64,000 nucleotides of DNA from positions 10,830 to 74,829 of the forward strand of contig JBBAAS010000003.1 in NCBI GenBank assembly GCA_041658125.1, given 5' to 3'. Source of the stretch: Candidatus Shapirobacteria bacterium. GTDB lineage: Bacteria; Patescibacteriota; Microgenomatia; UBA12405. Both the position numbers and the translations under genes were made by a program. Below are positions 56,218 to 63,457 of the stretch, in pieces (the first letter of the stretch is position 1; each line of letters opens with the position of its first letter). Under the pieces are notes generated by a model. It saw only the letters and a program-made list of their open reading frames with translations. It made no database searches and had not been told where the DNA came from.

Positions 56218-57396
56218 CTAGATTTCGTAACTTATCTTTCTTGTCGTCTCATCCACATATTCAAATTTCACCATTACCGTCTTAGCCATTTCTTTTAATT
56301 TTTCCAAATTTTCTTTTCCCATATTTTCCGGCCATTCAATACAAGCAATGGTCTTTGGACTAAATTGCTCCCAAAATTTTATTTCTTTAAATTCAAATTG
56401 GTTTTCAATTCTATACAAATCAAAATGCAAAAATTTATTTATTGCGTAAGTCTCCCTTGCTTGCCCCTGTGGGGCTTGCCCCTTTGGGGTCAAAGGGAGA
56501 TTTAGAGGGATTTCATATTCATTCATCACCACAAACGTTGGGCTGGTTATTCTTTCTCTTATCCCCAAAGCTTTTCCCACCGCTCTGGCAAATACTGTTT
56601 TTCCGCACCCCAAATCCCCAGTCAATAAAAAAATTATTGGTTTAAAGATAAAGTCTCCCTTGCTTGCCCCTGAGGGGCTTGCCCCTGTGGGGTCAAAGGG
56701 AGATTTAGAGGGATTTTGATTGAGGGTTTTTTTTAATATAAACCCCGCCACCTTTCCCGTTTCTTTTTCCGATTTTGATATCAGGCTCTTGGTTCCGCTG
56801 GTTATCAAGTCTCCTCTTCTTAATACTTTCAATTCCGGTTCGGTGGTATCAATTACAGTTGACGGTAAATTCTTCGGCAGTTTGCCCGCATCTACCACCA
56901 TGTCAATCATCTCCGTTTTCTTTTTCGACAATGTTTTCAAAAAACTCCCGATCGAATAATGCGGTGTTTTCCCCGATAAATTAGCCGACGTTGCCGTTAC
57001 CGGTCCGCCAACTGCCAATACTAAATCTTTTATATTTTTATTCTCCGGGATTCTTATCCCGAGTGTTCCGTTTTCTGCCTCTATGCCTTTGGCTACTTTA
57101 TGTTTTCCTTGGCTTATGACGGTAAATGGTCCGGGTAACAAATTTGCATAAACATTTTTTCCATTTTCCGATAGTTTCACATATTCCTCCGCCATATTTT
57201 GGTCTAAAACCGCAATCGATATTGCCTTCCCGTGCCATCTGTTTTTAAACAAAAGTAGTTTCTCTACCGCCGATTGATTAGTCGGATCAACCATCAGTCC
57301 GTACACCGTGTCGCTGGGGAACACCACTAATCCGCCTTCTCTTATTACTTTGGCCGCTAAATCTATTGATTTTTGACTCAATTTTACAATTTTCAT
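56218..57396 (-). CDS. tsaC-tsaE: fused TsaC/Sua5 (YrdC domain) and TsaE (YjeE P-loop) t6A biosynthesis protein
   Basis: N-terminal VVFPSDTVYGL...IRIPEN (YrdC). C-terminal LLTGDLGCGKT, SPTF and HFDLYR (TsaE). Two in-frame repeats encode SKSPFDPTGASPSGASKGD and LNLPLTPKGQAPQGQARE. Confidence 0.7.
   Translation of the reverse strand: MKIVKLSQKSIDLAAKVIREGGLVVFPSDTVYGLMVDPTNQSAVEKLLLFKNRWHGKAISIAVLDQNMAEEYVKLSENGKNVYANLLPGPFTVISQGKHKVAKGIEAENGTLGIRIPENKNIKDLVLAVGGPVTATSANLSGKTPHYSIGSFLKTLSKKKTEMIDMVVDAGKLPKNLPSTVIDTTEPELKVLRRGDLITSGTKSLISKSEKETGKVAGFILKKTLNQNPSKSPFDPTGASPSGASKGDFIFKPIIFLLTGDLGCGKTVFARAVGKALGIRERITSPTFVVMNEYEIPLNLPLTPKGQAPQGQARETYAINKFLHFDLYRIENQFEFKEIKFWEQFSPKTIACIEWPENMGKENLEKLKEMAKTVMVKFEYVDETTRKISYEI
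56450..56514 (+). repeat. family-1 repeat (type B) in-frame in the TsaE part
   Basis: agtctcccttgcttgcccctgtggggcttgcccctttggggtcaaagggagatttagagggatttc. Confidence 0.7.
56652..56718 (+). repeat. family-1 repeat (type B) in-frame at the TsaC-TsaE linker
   Basis: agtctcccttgcttgcccctgaggggcttgcccctgtggggtcaaagggagatttagagggattttg. Confidence 0.7.
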
Positions 57397-57426
57397 TCCC
57401 GCAATTTTATCATTTTGTCTGTTTAT

Positions 57427-57575
57427 GCCCTCCTTTCGTCAAAGGAGGGTGCCCGAAGGGCGGGTGGATTTTGCTTTCATCCCTCCTTTTTCAAGGGAGG
57501 GTAGGGTGGGTTTTGATAAGTCTCCCTTGCCTGTCCGCCTCTGCAGGATCAAAGGGAGATTTAGAGGGATTTCGG
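57427..57575 (+). repeat. three tandem family-1 repeat units (A, A' and B) between tsaC-tsaE and valS
   Basis: gCCCTCCTTTCGTCAAAGGAGGGtgcccgaagggcgggtggattttg; CCCTCCTTTTTCAAGGGAGGGtagggtgggttttg; tctcccttgcctgtccgcctctgcaggatcaaagggagatttagagggatttcg. A TATAAT follows 9 nt before the valS ATG. Confidence 0.7.
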
Positions 57576-57588
57576 TTATAATATTCCC

Positions 57589-59913
57589 ATGGACAAGGCA
57601 TACGAGCCTTCTGGCGAAGAACATATTTACAAGCTTTGGGAAGACTCCGGTATTTTCACTCCCAAAATCGACCCTAAAAAACAGCCTTTCTCTATCATTT
57701 TGCCTCTCCCTAATGCCAACGACCCGATGCACATCGGTCATGCTCTTTTTACCATTCAGGATATTCTGATCCGTTACCACCGCATGCTTGGCGAGTCTAC
57801 TCTTTGGCTTCCCGGCTCCGATCACGCTGGTATTGAAACTCAATACGTTTTTGAAAAAAAACTAGCCAAGGAGGACAAGTCCCGCTTTGATTTTGACCGC
57901 GATACTCTCTACAAAATGATCTGGGATTTTGTCGAAGAAAATCGCGAGCTTAACGTTGCTCAAATGCGCAAGCTTGGTTTTTCTATGGATTGGACCCGCT
58001 ATCACTATAGCCTCGAACCCAAAATTATCGACAATGTTTTGGCTACTTTCAAAAAGCTTTATCACGACGGTCTAATTTATCGGGCTGAAAAAATTGTCAA
58101 TTACTGCACTCACTGCGGCACGGCTTTTTCCAATCTTGAAGTTGATTATGTCGATGAAGTTACTAGCCTCTACTACATGAAATATGGTCCGTTTACTTTG
58201 GCTACCACCCGTCCCGAAACCAAGTTTGGCGACACCGCCGTAGCCGTTAATCCCAAAGACATTCGCTACCAGCAGTATGTTGGCCAGGACATTACTGTCG
58301 ACGGTCTCCTTGGCCCCTTTAAGGTCCGGGTTATTGCCGACGATATGGTTGATATGGAGTTTGGTACCGGTGTCGTCAAAATCACTCCCGCCCACGACCC
58401 CGACGATTTTGAAGCCGGTCTTCGTCACCATTTGCTCATCAAACGCGTTATTGGTTTTGATGGCCGACTCAACGAATTAACCGGTAAATATGCCGGCCTG
58501 ACTGTTGCTCAAGCTCGGATTAAAGTGGTTGAGGATATGAAGGCAAGTGGTATGCTTGTCAAAATCGACGATAATTATAATCATCGCATTGGCCGTTGTT
58601 ACCGTTGTAAACATATTATCGAGCCCATGGTTATGCCCCAGTGGTTTGTCAAAATCGATGCTCTGGCCAAGCCCGCCCTCAAAGCCGCCCGCGATGGCCA
58701 AGTCAAGTTTTTCCCTCTCCGTTTCAAAAAAGAATTTACCGATTGGATGGAAAATATCCGCGACTGGAACATCAGTCGTCAAATTGTTTGGGGCCCCCGC
58801 ATTCCGGCTTGGTATTGTCTTGACTGTCATCCGGGCATCAAGCTCAATTTTTTAACCAAAGACAAAAAAGTCGTTACCGGTCTTTATGTCGATCTTAAGG
58901 ACAAATATTCTTTTGATGAAATCCGTTCCGGTCTTCAGTCCCTAAGCGCTCCTGTCGGCTCTATTTTTTATGTCGACTCGCCCGATTCCTGCCCCAAATG
59001 TCACTCCAAAAATCTTTTGCAGGAAACCGACACTTTCGACACCTGGTTTCTTAGCGGCCAGTGGCCCTTGTCTACTCTTGGTTACAATGTTGCCGATCCT
59101 ACCAAAAGCTCTCCCGATTTCGCCTATTTTTACCCCACTTCCGTCATGGATACTCTTTGGGACATTCTCTTCTTTTGGGTTGCCCGGATGATGATGTTTG
59201 GTCTTTATTTAACCAAAGAAGTTCCGTTTAAAACTATTCACCTTCACGCTCGGGTGGTCGATAAAAACGGTCAGAAAATGAGCAAATCCAAGGCCAATGT
59301 TGTCGATCCGCTCTCCATGACTGCCAAATACGGCACCGACGCTCTTCGTTTTTCCCTTGTTTACGGCATTGCTCCCGCTTCCGATATCGTCGTTTCCGAG
59401 GACAAAATCCGCGCCCACCGCAATTTCGTCAACAAAATCTGGAACGCCGCCCGTTTTATCGAAATGCTTATCGAACGTCAGCAAGAAAAGTCTCCCTTGC
59501 TTGCCCCTGTGGGGTCAAAGGGAGATTTAGAGGGATTTAAGGATCTCAAAGGCAAGGGGGATTTGGATCCCGCCGACTTGGCCATTCTCCAAAAGCTCAA
59601 CTCTCTCATCACCTCTACTACCAAAAACCTCAACACTTTTCATTTCGGTCAGGCTTCCGAAGATTTGTACCAATTCTTCTGGCACGAATTTTGTGATGTT
59701 TATATCGAATCCACCAAAAATAGGCCAGCTCAAAACGAGGGGGGAGTCGATGCTCTTCCCGTTCTTGTCCATATTTTGTTAACCTCTCTTAAGCTTCTTC
59801 ACCCTTTTATTCCCTTTGTTACCGAAACTATTTATCAAAACTTAAAAGCTCAGCTCGGCTGGACCGATCCATTCTTAGCCGCCGCCCCCTGGCCGACTGT
59901 AAATGAAATATAA
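57589..59913 (+). CDS. valS: valyl-tRNA synthetase, short form lacking the C-terminal coiled-coil
   Basis: PNANDPMHIGHA (HIGH), GSDHAGIETQ, and KMSKSKANVVDP (KMSKS). Collinear with ValRS blocks. An in-frame repeat encodes SPLLAPVGSKGDLEGF. Confidence 0.8.
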   Translation: MDKAYEPSGEEHIYKLWEDSGIFTPKIDPKKQPFSIILPLPNANDPMHIGHALFTIQDILIRYHRMLGESTLWLPGSDHAGIETQYVFEKKLAKEDKSRFDFDRDTLYKMIWDFVEENRELNVAQMRKLGFSMDWTRYHYSLEPKIIDNVLATFKKLYHDGLIYRAEKIVNYCTHCGTAFSNLEVDYVDEVTSLYYMKYGPFTLATTRPETKFGDTAVAVNPKDIRYQQYVGQDITVDGLLGPFKVRVIADDMVDMEFGTGVVKITPAHDPDDFEAGLRHHLLIKRVIGFDGRLNELTGKYAGLTVAQARIKVVEDMKASGMLVKIDDNYNHRIGRCYRCKHIIEPMVMPQWFVKIDALAKPALKAARDGQVKFFPLRFKKEFTDWMENIRDWNISRQIVWGPRIPAWYCLDCHPGIKLNFLTKDKKVVTGLYVDLKDKYSFDEIRSGLQSLSAPVGSIFYVDSPDSCPKCHSKNLLQETDTFDTWFLSGQWPLSTLGYNVADPTKSSPDFAYFYPTSVMDTLWDILFFWVARMMMFGLYLTKEVPFKTIHLHARVVDKNGQKMSKSKANVVDPLSMTAKYGTDALRFSLVYGIAPASDIVVSEDKIRAHRNFVNKIWNAARFIEMLIERQQEKSPLLAPVGSKGDLEGFKDLKGKGDLDPADLAILQKLNSLITSTTKNLNTFHFGQASEDLYQFFWHEFCDVYIESTKNRPAQNEGGVDALPVLVHILLTSLKLLHPFIPFVTETIYQNLKAQLGWTDPFLAAAPWPTVNEI
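59489..59538 (+). repeat. family-1 repeat (type B, single inner hairpin) in-frame in valS
   Basis: agtctcccttgcttgcccctgtggggtcaaagggagatttagagggattt. Confidence 0.7.
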
Positions 59914-60271
59914 AAAATTGATTATTGGCTTGTTATTAATCTCTCTTTTTATTAATCTCTATCTTTCTTTTCTTGCTCTTAATCCTATCTCTCAAGCCAA
60001 AATTAAATCCGTTCTTTCGTTGTCTTCCGGCACCCGCTATTTTTACTCGCTTGAGGCTGACCGTTTGGCACACTACCCGGAAACCATTAAAAAAACCCTC
60101 AATTCTCTTATTGTTAAAAGTCCCAAAACCCCCGATGATTGGATTGAAATTACTAAAATTTATTTACAATTAAACAACCCAACCGAAGCTAAAAAGGCTA
60201 TCTTACAGGCTCAAAAACTCGACCTGATCCGCTCCGACATTGAAAAAATCTATTTTAATCTCAATCGCTGA
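59903..60271 (+). CDS. hypothetical TM-anchored protein (TPR-like)
   Basis: 122 aa with an N-terminal TM helix; overlaps the valS stop. Confidence 0.35.
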   Translation: MKYKKLIIGLLLISLFINLYLSFLALNPISQAKIKSVLSLSSGTRYFYSLEADRLAHYPETIKKTLNSLIVKSPKTPDDWIEITKIYLQLNNPTEAKKAILQAQKLDLIRSDIEKIYFNLNR

Positions 60272-60970
60272 TTATTTTTTCTCTTTCTCTTCTTTTTCCT
60301 TCTCTTCTTTTCTCTGGGTTTCAGCCGCCGCTTTTTCTTCCGGAGTTTTTTGTTCGGTTGCCGGGACATCGACCGGAGCTACTGTTTCGGCTACCACCGG
60401 TTCTTCTTCAACTTTTGGTTCTTCTGTCTTAAGGATCACTTGGTCCGCGTGAGTTTTTATTTCTATTTTTGCCTTATCTACTACCAAATCGGCTACTGTA
60501 ATTACCATTCCGGCTTCAGTTAGTGTGGATATATCCACCGTAATATTTTCCGGTAAATCTGCTGGTAGTGCTTCCACTTCAACTTCGTTACTAATTTCTA
60601 CGAGTACATTTCCAAATTTTACCGCTGACGATTCGCCGGTCAGCACAATCGGCACCATGGTCACAATCTTTTCTTTCAAATTAACCTTGTAGCAGTCGAT
60701 ATGTAAAAGTTTCCCGTCTACCGGATGATATTGAGGATTTCTAAAAATTATCGGCCAAGTATTTTCTCCGACGACCAAATCAACCAATCCTGATTCGCCT
60801 ACTTCCTTAAAAACCTTAGCCATCTCCCTGTTATCAATCTGAATCGAAACAGCCTCAAAACCTTTACCGTACACTGTCGATGGCAATTTATCCTGTTTTC
60901 GTATCTGTTTTACTTTTTTTCCGACAATAGTTCTAACCTCTGCCTTCAATTTCAAATTTACTTTTGCCAT
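60272..60970 (-). CDS. rplY: 50S ribosomal protein bL25 (Ctc form) with a Lys/Glu-rich C-terminal tail
   Basis: MAKVNLKLKAEVRTIVGKK...LPSTVYGKG...HIDCYKVNL matches the L25/Ctc N-domain and beta-barrel. Confidence 0.75.
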   Translation of the reverse strand: MAKVNLKLKAEVRTIVGKKVKQIRKQDKLPSTVYGKGFEAVSIQIDNREMAKVFKEVGESGLVDLVVGENTWPIIFRNPQYHPVDGKLLHIDCYKVNLKEKIVTMVPIVLTGESSAVKFGNVLVEISNEVEVEALPADLPENITVDISTLTEAGMVITVADLVVDKAKIEIKTHADQVILKTEEPKVEEEPVVAETVAPVDVPATEQKTPEEKAAAETQRKEEKEKEEKEKK

Positions 60971-61074
60971 TTTTATTTTTTTGCCTGCTGGGCCTTTAGC
61001 TTTCGCCTACCTCCCCTCGGCTCTTATAATTTGTGAAGGAATTATACACTATTCTTTCTTTTTTTATATCTTTA

Positions 61075-61114
61075 CCCCTCCTTTCGTCAAAGGAGGGGTA
61101 GGGGTAGATTTTGA
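61075..61114 (+). repeat. family-1 repeat (type A) upstream of trpS
   Basis: CCCCTCCTTTCGTCAAAGGAGGGGtaggggtagattttga. Confidence 0.7.
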
Positions 61115-61135
61115 TGTTACAATTTAGTCAATCTT

Positions 61136-62146
61136 ATGAATCAATCTAAACCCCGCATTCTTACCGGCGACCGGCCCACCGGCCCGCTTCACCTCGGCCA
61201 TTATTTTGGCGCCTTAAAAAATCGGGTTGAGCTTCAGGATCAATACGATACCTTTATTATTATTGCCGATGTTCAGGCTTTAACTGATAACTTTTTAACC
61301 CCCAAAAAAGTCCGCGACAATGTTACCGAGGTGGTTATGGACAACCTCGCCGTTGGTATCGATCCTCAAAAATCGACCATTTTTATTCAGTCTCTTATTC
61401 CCGAAATTGCCGAATTAACCGTTTTTTATTCTAATTTAGTTACCGTCGCCAGGCTTGGCCGCAATCCTACCACCAAAGAGGAGTTAAAACAAAAAGAAAA
61501 ATTGTTCAAGAACAACATTACTTTCGGATTCTTAGGCTATCCTGTTAGTCAGGCCGCCGATATTACTGCTTTTCAGGCGGCGCTTGTTCCGGTCGGCGAA
61601 GATCAGGTTCCCCACGTCGAATTAACCCGGGAAATTGTTCACAAATTTAACGAAATCTACGGCCAAACTTTAGTTGAGCCCCAGGCCAAAGTCGGTACTT
61701 TTCCCCGTGTCAAAGGTTTAGACGGCAATTCCAAAATGGGTAAAAGCCTGAATAACGCTATTTATCTCAAGGATTCTCCCGAAATTATCCGCCAAAAAGT
61801 CAAAATGGCCTACACCGATCCTTTGAAAATCCGCCTTACCGATCCGGGCCATCCGGGCGATTGTATGGTTTTTTATTATCATCAAATGTTTACCGACCCT
61901 ACGGATTTAAAAATTGTCGAATCCGAATGTAAATCCGGTGCCCGGGGCTGTGTTGCCTGTAAAAATCAGTTAGCCGACAATATCATCAAATTTTTAGCTC
62001 CGATCCAGGAAAAACGCCACTACTACGAATCTCATCCGGAAATTGTTCAGCAAATTATATTGGAAGGTACCAAAAAAGCCCGTCTCATCGCCGCCGAAAC
62101 CCTCAAGCAGGTCAAAGCAAAAATGTTTTTAAATTACTTTGATTAA
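61136..62146 (+). CDS. trpS: tryptophanyl-tRNA synthetase
   Basis: ILTGDRPTGPLHLGHYFGAL (HIGH region) and SKMGKSLNNAIYL (KMSKS). Confidence 0.85.
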   Translation: MNQSKPRILTGDRPTGPLHLGHYFGALKNRVELQDQYDTFIIIADVQALTDNFLTPKKVRDNVTEVVMDNLAVGIDPQKSTIFIQSLIPEIAELTVFYSNLVTVARLGRNPTTKEELKQKEKLFKNNITFGFLGYPVSQAADITAFQAALVPVGEDQVPHVELTREIVHKFNEIYGQTLVEPQAKVGTFPRVKGLDGNSKMGKSLNNAIYLKDSPEIIRQKVKMAYTDPLKIRLTDPGHPGDCMVFYYHQMFTDPTDLKIVESECKSGARGCVACKNQLADNIIKFLAPIQEKRHYYESHPEIVQQIILEGTKKARLIAAETLKQVKAKMFLNYFD

Positions 62147-62149
62147 AGA

Positions 62150-62225
62150 CAGGTGGATTTTGATTTACCCCTGCCCTGTCAAGGGAAGGGGTAGGGGAAG
62201 GGTTTGAAGGGTTGGTGGATTTTTC
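62150..62225 (+). repeat. family-1 repeat (type B) downstream of trpS
   Basis: ggtggattttgatttacccctgccctgtcaagggaaggggtaggggaagggtttgaagggttggtggatttt. Confidence 0.65.
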
Positions 62226-62489
62226 TTAAAACGGAAACTTTTCCAGGTTTATATACGTTCCGATTGCATTTCCGGCCGAATAAGCCACAATAATCAAAAA
62301 ATCACTTCCTCTGATGTTGTTTACGATTTGAAAAATAATCCAAAAAGCAATCAGGCTCTCAAAAAATACTAAGAGGGCCGCAGCGATAGACTTTCCCTTT
62401 GAAATCCAATAAGTTCTTTGGGTGGCCAAAAACATTTCCAAAAAGCCGACCCCAAAGTATCCAGCGACTTTTAGTACCTCGTTGATCAT
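62226..62489 (-). CDS. small membrane protein (hypothetical)
   Basis: 87 aa with two TM helices. Confidence 0.3.
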   Translation of the reverse strand: MINEVLKVAGYFGVGFLEMFLATQRTYWISKGKSIAAALLVFFESLIAFWIIFQIVNNIRGSDFLIIVAYSAGNAIGTYINLEKFPF

Positions 62490-62665
62490 ATGCTTTTTGT
62501 AAATTTTTAACCTTATTTTCCCCGCCAGGTTCTGACAAAGGATCGACTACTTCTTGTTTCATTTTTATCTTCAGGTTCCCCCAAGACCCCTAATTATACC
62601 ACAATTATAGGATAAAATCATCATCTCTTGTCTCAGAATACCAGCCTGTCTTTCCGTTTAATCTG

Positions 62666-62739
62666 TGGGCATGCATGGATTCGGACCATGGACCACCGAC
62701 TTATAAGATCGGTGCTCTAACCAACTGAGCTACATGCCC
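62666..62739 (-). tRNA. tRNA-Ile (anticodon UAU)
   Basis: Minus-strand GGGCATG-TA-GCTCAGTTGGTTAGAGC-A-CCGAT-CTTATAA-GTCGG-TGGTC-CATGG-TCCGAAT-CCATG-CATGCCC-A. Anticodon TAT; no encoded CCA. Confidence 0.75.
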
Positions 62740-62748
62740 ATTTTCTTT

Positions 62749-62785
62749 CCCTCCTTTTTCAAGGGAGGGATTAAGGGTGGGTTTG
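62749..62785 (+). repeat. family-1 repeat (type A) between two tRNA genes
   Basis: CCCTCCTTTTTCAAGGGAGGGattaagggtgggtttg. Confidence 0.65.
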
Positions 62786-62787
62786 TG

Positions 62788-62859
62788 TAGCAGGGGTGGG
62801 AATCGGACCCACAACCTATCGCTTATGAAACGATCGCTCCACCGTTGAGCTACCCTGCC
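62788..62859 (-). tRNA. tRNA-Met (anticodon CAU; elongator or possibly lysidine-Ile2)
   Basis: Minus-strand GGCAGGG-TA-GCTC-AACGGTG-GAGC-G-ATCGT-TTCATAA-GCGAT-AGGTT-GTGGG-TCCGATT-CCCAC-CCCTGCT-A. Confidence 0.75.
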
Positions 62860-62919
62860 AATGGCTGGATTATACCAAAAAAGCCGCCATTCCTGGCAGC
62901 TTTCTGTTAACACCCTGGG

Positions 62920-62989
62920 TTGCGGGGTCAGGAGTTGAACCTGATCTGTGAGATTATGAGCCTCACGTGCAGCCGTACACTACCCCGCA
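62920..62989 (-). tRNA. tRNA-Met (anticodon CAU), initiator-like acceptor stem
   Basis: Minus-strand TGCGGGG-TA-GTGT-ACGGCT-GCAC-G-TGAGG-CTCATAA-TCTCA-CAGA-TCAGG-TTCAACT-CCTGA-CCCCGCA-A. The acceptor GCGGGG/CCCCGC plus A73 matches bacterial fMet, but position 1 is U, paired with A72. Confidence 0.7.
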
Positions 62990-63024
62990 CGACTTCAGAC
63001 CTCCGAATTGTAACACAAACCTAT

Positions 63025-63390
63025 TTATCGAGTAAACCAGTCCGCCCACTGCCTTAACACTGCTGGTTTTTCTGTCTCTTTTACCTCCGGCGATACTTCT
63101 GCCATGTTTTCCTCCCCAATCTCAATCCAATAGTCATTCTTTGTGCCCAACCCCAGCTTGTCTCTGGCCGCCTGTTCCAGGTATGCACTGCTTGTCGCCC
63201 ATTTGATTTTTTTCTCTAAAATGTCTATATTCTGTCTCAAGTTATCAATATTTTCCCCGATTTTTTGGTTTCTTTTTTGTGCTTCCGCTATTAACCGCCA
63301 CTGGTTAAAAATATTTCTCAAAGAGGATATAATTAAAAGACTACCAATAATAACTATTATTCCTTGCTTAAGCCTTTTTTTAAAATGCAT
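63025..63390 (-). CDS. FtsB/DivIC-like septum formation initiator
   Basis: N-terminal TM helix, a coiled-coil, and YLEQAARDKLGLGTKNDYWIEI, which matches the DivIC/FtsB C-terminal motif. Confidence 0.55.
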   Translation of the reverse strand: MHFKKRLKQGIIVIIGSLLIISSLRNIFNQWRLIAEAQKRNQKIGENIDNLRQNIDILEKKIKWATSSAYLEQAARDKLGLGTKNDYWIEIGEENMAEVSPEVKETEKPAVLRQWADWFTR

Positions 63391-63457
63391 AGATTATTTG
63401 TGTATTATCCTAAATTATGTTACTATAAGCTACATTTTGGCTTTAGAAATCAAATTT

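Noticed and set aside
56075-56220. Tiny ORF MKPILLILIGIIAVLI followed in-frame, after a TGA, by a Gly-rich stretch ending in TAG; possible UGA-to-Gly recoding
   Set aside because: All other genes in the window, including several ending in TGA, translate intact with TGA as stop. A genome-wide UGA=Gly code would have fragmented the ORF track. This is probably a 16-aa hydrophobic peptide or non-coding sequence.
60971-61135. T-box or other riboswitch leaders upstream of trpS and valS
   Set aside because: No T-box conserved sequence or specifier-loop architecture was found. The upstream regions are occupied by family-1 repeats.
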